64,000 nt of DNA from Acidobacteriota bacterium (GTDB lineage: Bacteria > Acidobacteriota > UBA6911): the NCBI GenBank assembly GCA_963664705.1, contig OY761556.1:4704001-4768000 (forward strand). Direction: 5' to 3'. A model generated the notes under the pieces. That model saw nothing but the letters and a program-made list of their open reading frames with translations. It was not told the origin of the DNA and did not search any database. Each line of letters starts with the position of its first letter. The stretch's first letter is position 1. Made by a program: the position numbers and the translations under genes. This document shows positions 1 through 9,475 of this stretch, one piece after another.

Positions 1-1
1 G

Positions 2-1669
2 CTCTTCCAGCTGTCCGGCGACGTTGGCCTTCCCGCCCCCAACCTGCAGTTGCTTTATCCGCTTAGCGGGGCAGGCAAGCTCACAGCCGATCAACAGGGA
101 ATGCCCAGCGCGACAGGACGATGGGTCACCCTTCCATACTCCGCGAATGTCCCGCAGCCATTCGCTCTCTTTTACAAGTTCTTCCCGTTTTTTAAGAACT
201 TTGCCTTTGGATACAATCTCACCGGTATCAACTGGTTCTCGGGCGAAGGAATTCCGGCGACACCCTATGATGATCTTGGCCGCCAGAATCCCTATCCTCT
301 GATGCGCCTTCAGTCCTATGCCGCTCAAGGCAACACGCAGGGGCTGAAGACCGGAACGGTGATGACTTCTCTGGATGTCGTCACTCCGGTCTCCGGCGAG
401 GTAAGCTGCGGCAATTGCCATCTTGCAGCGCCATACGGCAACGGAATGGCCACTTCGGGAATCATCCCAGCCACCCCGTTGAATGATCCTCAATACGGAG
501 CAGTTCCCTCGGCGGTCAGTCTTGAGTATGCTTTTGATGTCAATATTCTCCGCCTGCATGACCTCCGGAACGGGACGAACCTTCAGAACCAGACTCCAGT
601 TTCCTGCCAGCGTTGTCACTATACGCCGGCTCTGGACCTTGCGCATGTAGGTCCTTCCAATGACAATGGCCGTCAGCAGACAACCCACGAGACGTTCTCG
701 CGGGCGATGCATGCTTTCCATGGCAGCCTGGGAGTGTTCCCATCCATGCCATCACCGGCGGCCCGGAACGCTGCCACGCGAGACACCGTCCTCGGACAAA
801 CCTGCTACCAGTGCCATCCGGGGCAGGTCACCAAGTGCTTCCGCGGAGCCATGTATAACAGTGGAGCTGCATGCCAGGACTGCCACGGAAACATGGCCCA
901 GATCGGCAACGATTTCTCCAAAACCGTTCCTACGAACGGCACGTTCACTGTCCGGGGAGACTTCTATACCAACTCGTCTACTCCGCGCGTTCCTTGGGCG
1001 AATGAACCGATGTGTCAGTCGTGCCATACGGGAGACATAAACAAGAATCTATCGACAGCAACCGGTGTTGTTAAGGCATCGGATGGACTGCGGCTGATCC
1101 AGGCCTTCAAGACCGGCGATGCCAATGCCAAACCGATTGTCGCCAGCAACCGACGCTTCGCCGAGAACCAGACCGGAAGCGGCTCCACAACCAAACAGGT
1201 TCTGTTCCGCCTCAGCAAGGGACACGGTGGAATATTCTGCGAAGGCTGCCATGGCAGCACCCACGCGGAATGGCCCAACGCAACCGCCAATGCCAATGAC
1301 AACATTGCCGCGACGCAGCTGCAGGGACATACCGGAAAGATCGTCGAATGCGTTGCCTGCCACGGCAGCAATACTTTGACGACCTCCGATTTCGTCGGAA
1401 ACTTTGATGCCAACGGCATGATGAAGGGACCTCACGGCATGCATCCGGTTGGTCAAAGCTGGATTTCAGGTCACCGTACGGTATTCAAGGACAGCCGGAC
1501 ACCGGCCGGAAATTGCCAGGCTTGCCATGGCAATCAATTGCAGGGCTCGGTACTGGCCAAGGTAGCGACCAACCGTAGCTTCAACGTGGAGCATTCAACC
1601 AGAACCCTGGCTCAGGGAACTCAGGTAAGCTGCACCCTGTGCCATGAGAATCCGTTGTATGAAGACTAG
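2..1669 (+). CDS. Multiheme c-type cytochrome (5'-partial; at least 9 CxxCH)
   Basis: Frame is open from the window edge. Motifs CGNCH, CQRCH, CYQCH, CQDCH, CQSCH, CEGCH, CVACH, CQACH, CTLCH. Confidence 0.9.
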   Translation, partial: LFQLSGDVGLPAPNLQLLYPLSGAGKLTADQQGMPSATGRWVTLPYSANVPQPFALFYKFFPFFKNFAFGYNLTGINWFSGEGIPATPYDDLGRQNPYPLMRLQSYAAQGNTQGLKTGTVMTSLDVVTPVSGEVSCGNCHLAAPYGNGMATSGIIPATPLNDPQYGAVPSAVSLEYAFDVNILRLHDLRNGTNLQNQTPVSCQRCHYTPALDLAHVGPSNDNGRQQTTHETFSRAMHAFHGSLGVFPSMPSPAARNAATRDTVLGQTCYQCHPGQVTKCFRGAMYNSGAACQDCHGNMAQIGNDFSKTVPTNGTFTVRGDFYTNSSTPRVPWANEPMCQSCHTGDINKNLSTATGVVKASDGLRLIQAFKTGDANAKPIVASNRRFAENQTGSGSTTKQVLFRLSKGHGGIFCEGCHGSTHAEWPNATANANDNIAATQLQGHTGKIVECVACHGSNTLTTSDFVGNFDANGMMKGPHGMHPVGQSWISGHRTVFKDSRTPAGNCQACHGNQLQGSVLAKVATNRSFNVEHSTRTLAQGTQVSCTLCHENPLYED

Positions 1670-1780
1670 GAATCTCTCAATTTAAAGGAGACATGCGTGG
1701 GGCTTCGAGTCCCTTACAGGCTGAACGTGAAAACGAGCGACTGAATTCGACAACCAGCCCCACCGCATGACCGCAAATCC

Positions 1781-1819
1781 CACCGGCCGGTGCCTACATG
1801 CCCGGCCGGTGTTTTTTTT
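1781..1819 (+). terminator. Rho-independent terminator
   Basis: caccggccgg-N-ccggccggtg stem followed by a T8 tract, downstream of the cytochrome gene. Confidence 0.8.
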
Positions 1820-1828
1820 GGAAATCAC

Positions 1829-2002
1829 TTAATTTTTAGATTCCCCTTCAATGGATTCTGGCAGCGGAGCATGGGTTACCTGATTGAAACAGACATAGCA
1901 GATGGGCCCTCTCTCCGTCTGCATTTTCATCCACTCAAACTCCGGTCCCAGATCACGCCCGCAAATGAAGCAGTTATTGGCACCTGTACTGTATTCTTCC
2001 AT
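1829..2002 (-). CDS. Small Cys4 (CxxC...CxxC) zinc-finger-like protein, 57 aa
   Basis: CFIC and CYVC motifs, GGAGAGG RBS before the ATG at 2002, and an FNR-like promoter upstream. Confidence 0.6.
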   Translation of the reverse strand: MEEYSTGANNCFICGRDLGPEFEWMKMQTERGPICYVCFNQVTHAPLPESIEGESKN

Positions 2003-2077
2003 CGATGGATCCTCTCCCCGAAAACGGATACGGTCCTTTTTCAAAAATATCGTTAATGCAAAAACAATAGGCTGTAA

Positions 2078-2091
2078 TTGACCTGCATCAA
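2078..2091. promoter_or_regulatory. FNR/CRP-family binding site
   Basis: TTGAC-CTGC-ATCAA, in the divergent intergenic region. Confidence 0.7.
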
Positions 2092-2189
2092 GTTTCCCGC
2101 ATTTACTCCGTACTAGAATCGTATCTGAGGAATATGTCTCAGCAAAACTGCCGGATCACCCGGCAGCTCGATGATCGGGAGAATATCTG

Positions 2190-2774
2190 ATGAAACTGAT
2201 GAAAGGGTCGATGATCCTGACTCTCTTTGCTTTCCAGGTCGCGACCGCTCCTTCGAACGCACAGATGCAGTGTATATGCCACAGCAAACAGCCTGCCATG
2301 AAACGGATGCACGAAATGACAGGCAAAACCGGCTGCGGCAATTGTCATACCAAAGACGAAAACCTGATGTCGAAGAGGGAGGGGAAGGATCCGGCCGCCA
2401 AAGCCAACACGGAAAGACGACAGAAAGAGGATCGTCTTTGCGTCCCCTGCCATAGCAAAAAGGAAGGCATCGCAAAGGAAGCCGGTCTCAACAAGGACGC
2501 GATGGGAATTTCCGGTACGCTCTATTGCCCCAAGGACAAGCTGAAGCTTCCTCCGGATAGCAAACGTTGTCCCAAATGCAGCGGTCCTTTGTTGAATATG
2601 GATGCTCTCATGGCAACTTCAGCCCAAAGCCCTTCGAACGACATCTGCATGAATTGCCATTTGAGTGAAGAAATCCAGCAGATCAAACGGCACACTATTT
2701 TCAATAATGAAAAACTCAAGAAATGCCTGGATTGTCATACCGGACACAGCGATTGCGGCAACTGCCATCACTGA
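2190..2774 (+). CDS. Secreted small multiheme cytochrome c (5 CxxCH + 1 CxCH) with an internal CPxD..CPxC knuckle
   Basis: Signal peptide; CGNCH, CVPCH, CMNCH, CLDCH, CGNCH and QCICH motifs. Confidence 0.8.
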   Translation: MKLMKGSMILTLFAFQVATAPSNAQMQCICHSKQPAMKRMHEMTGKTGCGNCHTKDENLMSKREGKDPAAKANTERRQKEDRLCVPCHSKKEGIAKEAGLNKDAMGISGTLYCPKDKLKLPPDSKRCPKCSGPLLNMDALMATSAQSPSNDICMNCHLSEEIQQIKRHTIFNNEKLKKCLDCHTGHSDCGNCHH

Positions 2775-2840
2775 CAATCTGAAAACCGGGAGCATCTCCA
2801 TCTCCCGGGAATTGGAAAGGGAGTCGCTCCCGGCAGTAGT

Positions 2841-2882
2841 TCCAGCCTGATTCCCTGCCGGGTCAGGCTGGAGTCCAAAAAA
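2841..2882. terminator. Stem-loop, probable terminator
   Basis: tccagcctga..tcaggctgga stem with an adjacent A-tract. Confidence 0.45.
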
Positions 2883-2889
2883 CAAATCC

Positions 2890-2931
2890 TTGACCTGGAT
2901 CAATTACAGACCGGCGGATTGCATGAATAAT
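2890..2931 (+). promoter_or_regulatory. FNR/CRP box with class II promoter
   Basis: TTGAC-CTGG-ATCAA (2890-2903), overlapping ATTACA, 17-nt spacer, then AATAAT (2926-2931). Confidence 0.7.
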
Positions 2932-2977
2932 GGAATCGATAGTGTGGACACAGCGGATGTTATGAAAGGAGCATTGC

Positions 2978-5353
2978 ATGGCTGATTTAGCTGGAGTAAA
3001 CGGAACCAGAAAAGATTTCAGGGTTGTCGGAAAGCCGAACCTTCCGGGAGTCCTGTCCTGGTCGCAGGCAACGGGTGCTGCAAGATTCGGAATTGACTAT
3101 GCCGTTCCAGACATGCTTCACGCCAAGTTTCTCCGCAGTCCTTATGCGAACGCGCGCATCAAGAGTCTCGACATCACAAAAGCCAAAGCCGTTCCAGGCG
3201 TTGTGGATATTGTTACCTGGGAAGACGAGGACATGAAGAAACTGAGCAGCGGTGGCGACGGCGGCTTTTTCATGGGACCCAGCCAGGCCTTCCTGGACAA
3301 TCTGGCCGATCAGGAAGGAGCCGAAGTGGGCGTTATCGTCGTGGCAGAAAATCCAGATATCTGCGATGAGGCGCTGCGGGCGCTCGTTGTGGAATGGGAA
3401 GAGTTGCCCTTTGTTGTGGACCTGCGCAAAGGACGAACCGCGGATGCGCCGGTCATCCGGCCGCCTTCGCCGGCCGGGAAAGGTGGCGGTGGATTTGGAA
3501 TGGGCGGAGGCAATAATCCTCCCAAGAAAGGCAATGTCAGTTATTCCAATACCAATGACGGCGATGTCGAAAAGGGTTTCAAGGAAGCGGACCACATCCT
3601 CGAATATGACGTGAACACCTCCGCCTTTGCCGGTCATATCCCCAATCCTCTGGGCACCGTTGCCTGGTGGTTCGATGATCCTCTGCACGGAGAAGGCAAA
3701 AGCCTCCAGATAGAAGGGGTTCCCTGGGGACATGATCAGGTTGCCGGCATGAACCGCGTGTCGCCCGACAAGGTTTTCCAGAACTGCATGTTCGTAGGCG
3801 GCCGGTACTGTGACTGGGGCATCCGCAAATCGCAGCAGATCACTCCGCTGCTCGCCAAAAGAGCCGGCCGACCCGTTCGATGCGTCAACACCAGGGCGGA
3901 TATGTACGATTTCAACCTGTGTCAGCGTTACGTGCATATGAAGATTGGATTCAAAAGCAACGGCCTGATTACGGCCATAGAAGATTTTTCAATTGCGGAT
4001 GGTGGGATCCGTGGAAGCTCGATGTTCGGGAATACGATGGATCAGACCTACGGGCCCTATTTCACCACCAAGTGCCTGAACGTCAAACAGAGCATGGAGG
4101 TCGTGGACAGCAACACAGGAATGATGTATGTCAGCGGCCAGCACAATCCCATGGGCTGGGATACACTGATGGTTGGCATCTATCTGATTGCCGAAAAGCT
4201 CGGCAAAGATCCGATCGAAATCGCGACGCTGAATCTGCACGGGCCGACATCTCAGACCGACACGAATCCCGTACCCAGCTATGAGGCCTGCGTTGCGGCT
4301 GTAAAAAAGATGATGAACTGGAACTGGCATCAGACGGGCGCCAAAAAGCTGCCGGACGGCCGTATGCACGGAGCCAGCTTCCGCTACAATCAGTGCCCGC
4401 GCCATTCCGTATCGGGATACAACCCCAAACTCGAACTCCGCAACGGCATCGTGCATCTGCCCTCCAAGGGTCCCATCATCGGCCACTATGGCCTGGAAGC
4501 CAATGCCATGGTCGTGGCGGAAGAACTTGGCCTGGAGTTCAAGGATATCCGCATTGATCTGGATCACCACGAAATCTACCGGCCGTTTGGCGGTGGCAGT
4601 GACGGATCCACGGCATCTTCCTGGGCGGTCAAAGAGTGCGCCAACAAACTGAAGAAGCTGATCCTGGAAACTGCCATCGAGGAGGCAAACAATCCTCCCG
4701 CTCCCGCCGGCTTCGGCATGGGTCCCGGCGCCAAACAGGCTCCCAATCCATTCAAGGGCCTGAAGCCTGAGGACCTCGATATGCAGGGCGGCAAGGTGAT
4801 TGTCAAAGCCGATCCAAGCAAAGGCCTGCCGCTGGCGCGCGCCGTCCAGGCGAATCTGTTCGCAACCTATGCGGGAAGACCTCCGCAAGCTCTCTGGGCT
4901 CAACGGGGAAAAGCATTGGACACAATGAACGTGGTTACATGCGAAGTGGCCGTGGACACGGAAACGGGAGAAGTGGAAATCACCCGGTTTGGTGTAGTCA
5001 CCGATACCGGAAAGGTCATGCGGCGGACATCGCTGGAAAGCCAGATCGATCAGGTGATGGATTTCACCAAGGGTTGCCAGCTTCAGGAAGAATTTATCTA
5101 CGATCAGAGGACTGGAGTAAAACTCAGCACGAATATGTTCGAGTACAAGAAAGTCAGTATGCTGGACATGCCTCGAGTGGATATGGAGCTTCTGGAAACG
5201 CGCGCCGGCAATGCCTGCTACGGGTCCAACGGCATCAGCCATTCTCTTGCCAGCACACATCTGGTCATCATGGCCATCCACAACGCGATCGGCAAGTGGG
5301 TGGAATCGCCGGCCACGCCGGACAGGGTGCTCAAAGCCCTGGGCAAGGCGTAG
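2978..5353 (+). CDS. Xanthine dehydrogenase/aldehyde oxidoreductase family molybdopterin-binding subunit (atypical active site)
   Basis: LHAKFLRSPYANARI N-terminal motif, EVAVDTETGEVEI and C-terminal PATPDRVLKAL; AAGGAG RBS. Confidence 0.88.
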   Translation: MADLAGVNGTRKDFRVVGKPNLPGVLSWSQATGAARFGIDYAVPDMLHAKFLRSPYANARIKSLDITKAKAVPGVVDIVTWEDEDMKKLSSGGDGGFFMGPSQAFLDNLADQEGAEVGVIVVAENPDICDEALRALVVEWEELPFVVDLRKGRTADAPVIRPPSPAGKGGGGFGMGGGNNPPKKGNVSYSNTNDGDVEKGFKEADHILEYDVNTSAFAGHIPNPLGTVAWWFDDPLHGEGKSLQIEGVPWGHDQVAGMNRVSPDKVFQNCMFVGGRYCDWGIRKSQQITPLLAKRAGRPVRCVNTRADMYDFNLCQRYVHMKIGFKSNGLITAIEDFSIADGGIRGSSMFGNTMDQTYGPYFTTKCLNVKQSMEVVDSNTGMMYVSGQHNPMGWDTLMVGIYLIAEKLGKDPIEIATLNLHGPTSQTDTNPVPSYEACVAAVKKMMNWNWHQTGAKKLPDGRMHGASFRYNQCPRHSVSGYNPKLELRNGIVHLPSKGPIIGHYGLEANAMVVAEELGLEFKDIRIDLDHHEIYRPFGGGSDGSTASSWAVKECANKLKKLILETAIEEANNPPAPAGFGMGPGAKQAPNPFKGLKPEDLDMQGGKVIVKADPSKGLPLARAVQANLFATYAGRPPQALWAQRGKALDTMNVVTCEVAVDTETGEVEITRFGVVTDTGKVMRRTSLESQIDQVMDFTKGCQLQEEFIYDQRTGVKLSTNMFEYKKVSMLDMPRVDMELLETRAGNACYGSNGISHSLASTHLVIMAIHNAIGKWVESPATPDRVLKALGKA

Positions 5354-5416
5354 GATGATTAAAAAAGCGCTGCGCTGGATCGGAGATTGAAGGTTCTAAG
5401 CCATTGGAGGCAGTGC

Positions 5417-6703
5417 ATGCCAGAGAGATCGGGTTCCAAACGAGTACGCCCTTTGATTATTGCAGCGGCATTATGTGTCCTGCTGTCTGGTACCAGGCCC
5501 ATGACATCCGCTGCCGCTCCTCCACAAGAGCAATCACCTGGTGGCTTCCCTCAGGGAACGGCAACACCATCAGAGGACTGCGGCAAATGCCACAGGGCAA
5601 TCTATCGTGAGTTTGCCTATGGTTTCGGCGCGGATCTGAAATTCGGTGGAATGGTTCTACAGTCATTAAGGGAAGACCAACTCTTCTTGCCTGGAAATTT
5701 TGCTCCTGGTGCGACGGCTCATTCCGTTGCCGGCGTTGATCCGTTTCCTATCCATGCTCGTGAAACAGAGTCCAAGGGACGATCCTGCAACGTCTGTCAC
5801 TATCCTCAGCCTTTTATGATACCATCGCTGGACTCTCCGGAAACCGCCAAGCCCGCCGCGCGCCCCAAGGACAAAGAAGCGGGCGGAATGACCTGTGCAA
5901 GTTGCCACTTAACTCCTGATGGAAAAATTCGAGGGCCGCATACCGTTAGTGCGCCTCATGCAACAGTGTCGGATGCCAATATACAAACTGCTGCCATGTG
6001 CGCCTATTGTCATAGTTCAGGAAAGCGTGTAAGCGGAAAACAGACGCAAACATTCTTCGAATGGCGTGAAGATTTCAACAAACCCGGCCTGGGTCCTCAG
6101 CATTGCCAAAACTGCCACATGCCCAAAACAGTCCGAAAAACCGCCGAGGCTTTTGATGTCCCCGATCGAGCCGTCTCCAGACACTTGTGGATCGGTGGAC
6201 ACGCACCGCAGCGACTCAAAAGTGCTCTCAACATGGTCCTTCTTCAGCCGGACAAGAACGGGGGAAATCTCGAGTTTCACATTATTAACCTCGGGGCAGG
6301 CCATTCAGTACCCACAGGGTCCAATCGACGGGGAATGTATCTGCGAGCAGAAGCCATTGATGCAAAGGGGAAAGTAATGGACAGACGCCAATGGCTGTTT
6401 GCGCCATGGTATGGAGATCGCCCGGATGACCGCAAATTTCTCGAGGAAGATAAAGGCCGAGACGATGCCACGGCGGCGATGCAGGCCGATGCACAAGGTC
6501 CGCATGAGAACATCATTCGCGCAGGCGAGGAGCGCATTCTCTCGTGGTCGCCGACGCTGAAGGCGGGCAGCTATACGATCAAGGCCCAGCTCGTCTACGA
6601 CCTGAACCGCTATAACGATCCCCAATATGCAGAGGATCAAACAGAACTTACTGTCACCTCATTGAACATGAAGATTGGCCTCGGAGCCGGCTCGGGCAAA
6701 TAA
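5417..6703 (+). CDS. Secreted pentaheme c-type cytochrome (c554-like) with C-terminal beta domain
   Basis: Signal peptide; CGKCH, CNVCH, CASCH, CAYCH, CQNCH; GHSVPTG motif. Start uncertain (5387 or 5417). Confidence 0.85.
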   Translation: MPERSGSKRVRPLIIAAALCVLLSGTRPMTSAAAPPQEQSPGGFPQGTATPSEDCGKCHRAIYREFAYGFGADLKFGGMVLQSLREDQLFLPGNFAPGATAHSVAGVDPFPIHARETESKGRSCNVCHYPQPFMIPSLDSPETAKPAARPKDKEAGGMTCASCHLTPDGKIRGPHTVSAPHATVSDANIQTAAMCAYCHSSGKRVSGKQTQTFFEWREDFNKPGLGPQHCQNCHMPKTVRKTAEAFDVPDRAVSRHLWIGGHAPQRLKSALNMVLLQPDKNGGNLEFHIINLGAGHSVPTGSNRRGMYLRAEAIDAKGKVMDRRQWLFAPWYGDRPDDRKFLEEDKGRDDATAAMQADAQGPHENIIRAGEERILSWSPTLKAGSYTIKAQLVYDLNRYNDPQYAEDQTELTVTSLNMKIGLGAGSGK

Positions 6704-6762
6704 TTCATCGAAACCTGCGCAACCAGGCAAAGGCAGGGCAACAATCAGCATTGGGTGCTGAC

Positions 6763-7314
6763 TCAGAACCAGAATTCAGGGTATTTGCGCGTTTTCGGAA
6801 TGTTGTTCACCAGCAGCGCCACTGCGAGCATGATCATTGCGCCCAATGCGGTCGGGATAATTGGATAAAGGAATCCCAGGCTCTGGACTTTCTCGCCGCC
6901 GATAACGGCAATCAGGGCGGTAGCTCCTCCAGGTGGATGCAGTGTCCTGGTAATGTGCATCAATGCCAGCGCTGTGGCCACGGCAATTGCGGCGGCAATC
7001 CAAATGCATGGGTGAAACAGCTTGTACGATGCGACTCCGATAAATGCCGAAAGCACATGCCCCCCAACAAGATTCCTGGGCTGAGCCAAAGGGCTCTTGA
7101 TAGCACCATAGATCAGAATGGCGGAGGCGCCAAACGATCCAAGCATGAGGCCCATGGCTGAGCCCTCAAGAATGACGTAGTTCAGATAGCCCACGGCCGA
7201 GATCCCAAGAAAAGCGCCAATCCATGACCAGATGATTTCGGAAATACTCACACGGGGCGGCGTGCAGGAAACCGCGCGTAATTTGTTTAGCAATTTATTC
7301 TCAGCGAAAAGCAT
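6763..7314 (-). CDS. HPP family membrane protein (putative nitrite transporter)
   Basis: GSFGASA, SPLAQPRN and HPPGGA signatures with 4 TM segments. Confidence 0.92.
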   Translation of the reverse strand: MLFAENKLLNKLRAVSCTPPRVSISEIIWSWIGAFLGISAVGYLNYVILEGSAMGLMLGSFGASAILIYGAIKSPLAQPRNLVGGHVLSAFIGVASYKLFHPCIWIAAAIAVATALALMHITRTLHPPGGATALIAVIGGEKVQSLGFLYPIIPTALGAMIMLAVALLVNNIPKTRKYPEFWF

Positions 7315-7358
7315 ACGACGGCATCCTCAAGTGATATTGCGGATAGGAATGAGCGCTT

Positions 7359-7973
7359 CTAGAAAGATATGCGGACAATATCTGCGCGAGATACGATCCC
7401 GACAAGCCGCCCCTGCGAATCAACCACGGGAACCCGGTTGATTGCTTTCTCCGTCAGAATAGCGGTGATCTGCCGCAGCGTCGCCTGCTCATCCACCGTT
7501 ATTGCGGGAGACGTCATTATGTCGGCCGCTTTCCCATCCCGTATGGTCATCGCGATGCAGCAATGATTCCTGATGCAGTCGGCAATGACGCCCATCAGGC
7601 TCTTTGCCGTGCGATCTCCCATATGAGAACAGAAATCCTTTTCAGAGATAATCCCCTGAACCCTCATTTCCCTATCAATAACAGGAATTCCGGAAATTTC
7701 GTTTGCGGCTAATATCTCTGCCACCTCGCTGAGTGGAGTGTCCACCCGCACCGTAAAGACCTTTTGCGTCATCAGGTCGCGCGCCTTTACGGAGTTGGCA
7801 ATCCGATCCAGTGCATGTCTGAAGGAGTGGGAATAGATTTCCTTTAAATCAGCGGGAGTAATATCCAGATATCCCGGTATCTCCTTCATCGCCTCATAGA
7901 TGTCTGCATCACTGATTTCCGGCTGGAATAGCGACGATTTTGTTCCGCCATTATCATGCTTGGCTTTTGTCAC
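7359..7973 (-). CDS. CBS domain protein
   Basis: Two CBS repeats (ISGIPVID..GIISEKD; INRVPVVD..GIVSRAD). Confidence 0.9.
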   Translation of the reverse strand: MTKAKHDNGGTKSSLFQPEISDADIYEAMKEIPGYLDITPADLKEIYSHSFRHALDRIANSVKARDLMTQKVFTVRVDTPLSEVAEILAANEISGIPVIDREMRVQGIISEKDFCSHMGDRTAKSLMGVIADCIRNHCCIAMTIRDGKAADIMTSPAITVDEQATLRQITAILTEKAINRVPVVDSQGRLVGIVSRADIVRISF

Positions 7974-8017
7974 GTTCGTCCAACCCTTATCTGTGCTTTA
8001 GTCATTGATCCTATCGC

Positions 8018-8602
8018 CTATCTTCCCTGGCATTGGATATTGTCCATTAGAGCCTTGCCGGCAAGCGAGAGATACCGGATACCACTTTCCTCCAGGATCC
8101 TGCTGAGCGGCTGGGCAATTGTCGAAAGGTGTCGCTGGATGAAGTTTTGGGACGCTTCGCAGGTCGTTTCAGCGTGCTCGGAATCGTCGCAGGCCAGAGC
8201 GTATGCCTCTTTGAGACGAAGGTATCCAATGAAACCTGCTTCTACGGACACATGATCGCATGCCTCGCGCGTTGCGGGGTCGTAGCCAAAGACCTTATAG
8301 TATCCGGCCAGTTCGGATATCAGGCTGCCCAATTCCACTCCCTTATGATAGCTCGCCTCGCGTGGAGATGCCGGGCCACCCGGACCAAACAGCGAGTGAT
8401 AAGAGGACGCAGAGGCTTCGGCCTGCGCAGCCTCCGTGGCGGATTTCAGATCAGCGTCCGGGACAAGGGAAGAAAGCGCCAGCAGACGCTCGTTCCATCC
8501 TTCGCCCGGTGATTCAAACAGCAGGCTGATCAGCCGCCATCGGGCGGAGTCCATAATCATTTCCTGCTGTCTGCTGTTGAAGGAATGTAATTGTGTGCTC
8601 AT
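8018..8602 (-). CDS. TorD/DmsD/NarJ-type molybdoenzyme maturation chaperone
   Basis: EACDHVSVEAGF and FIQRHL motifs; ATGA overlap with the upstream gamma-subunit stop. Confidence 0.8.
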   Translation of the reverse strand: MSTQLHSFNSRQQEMIMDSARWRLISLLFESPGEGWNERLLALSSLVPDADLKSATEAAQAEASASSYHSLFGPGGPASPREASYHKGVELGSLISELAGYYKVFGYDPATREACDHVSVEAGFIGYLRLKEAYALACDDSEHAETTCEASQNFIQRHLSTIAQPLSRILEESGIRYLSLAGKALMDNIQCQGR

Positions 8603-9465
8603 TGCTGTTTTTGCCTCAACAACGGAATCCATCCCGTCCGCATTTTTCTGGAACCGATTTCCCCCTGGGAGCCTTCCCATACGGCAAACGCTGCCTGGGT
8701 TCGTAAACCGGGGCCAAGCCCCGACGGCAGACTGCGATTGATTACAACCTTCCACCCGTCCGTTGTCCTGATCCCTTTTCCCGCGGACCCGGCACGGACC
8801 TCAGGCTTCAATGTACCAGGCCCTTCCGCGAGGAGGTCTTCCACCGGCGTTTCCCTCGGCCCGTTTCGCATGTTCCCTGCCGCCCGCGCCGGCGCATAGC
8901 GCATTGCCATTTCCTTTTGGCTTGCGGAGCCTGCCCCCAGAGGCTGTGCCTGGAATGGATAGTGATCGACGGCAGCGTTGGGATATAAATCCCTGATGCT
9001 GTTGCCTCTTCCATCAACCCAGGCCTGCCAGTCCGCTCGCCAGAGGGTGAGTTCCACCGGACGGTTCGCCTCGCCCATCTGTGGTGACGGCGGTTCCTTT
9101 GCGATCGTTTTGGGAAGTTGTACCGCGCAGCCGTCGACGGAAACTCCAGGCCCTGGAGCATCATCTTTTCGCGGATCCAGCCATTGCAGCCGGAATGCTA
9201 TTCGGCTTCCATCTGTCATGGCTCGCACTCTGACTTCGCGGGTTGAAGCCTTCATCAGGCGTGGATCTGCAACATCCTGCAGAAGCAGACCTGCCGCGTA
9301 TTCGGGAAGCTGATCCCAGATTGGATCTCCGGGATCCGTCGAAAGAGCAGAGGCCGGAACCGCCACGACTTCGGTGGCCGCGGGCGGCACCGTGCGGCAA
9401 CCGGCGACGGTCAACAACACCGCCAGAACGGCAAGCGCGAGGCAACTGCGGAATACATGCCGCAT
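8599..9465 (-). CDS. nxrC: DMSO reductase family type II enzyme heme b gamma subunit (EbdC/NxrC-like), lipoprotein
   Basis: IAFRLQWLD, PQMGE (Met ligand), AFAVWEG..RK (Lys ligand); lipobox VAGC; AAGGAGG RBS. Confidence 0.78.
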   Translation of the reverse strand: MRHVFRSCLALAVLAVLLTVAGCRTVPPAATEVVAVPASALSTDPGDPIWDQLPEYAAGLLLQDVADPRLMKASTREVRVRAMTDGSRIAFRLQWLDPRKDDAPGPGVSVDGCAVQLPKTIAKEPPSPQMGEANRPVELTLWRADWQAWVDGRGNSIRDLYPNAAVDHYPFQAQPLGAGSASQKEMAMRYAPARAAGNMRNGPRETPVEDLLAEGPGTLKPEVRAGSAGKGIRTTDGWKVVINRSLPSGLGPGLRTQAAFAVWEGSQGEIGSRKMRTGWIPLLRQKQQ

Positions 9466-9475
9466 GAAATCCTCC

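Noticed and set aside
2786-2833. ctcccgggaattggaaagggag resembles the 3' end of the Moco RNA motif, upstream of a Mo-enzyme gene
   Set aside because: The other Moco stems are not recognisable, and it lies upstream of the predicted FNR promoter, so it would be outside the transcript leader.
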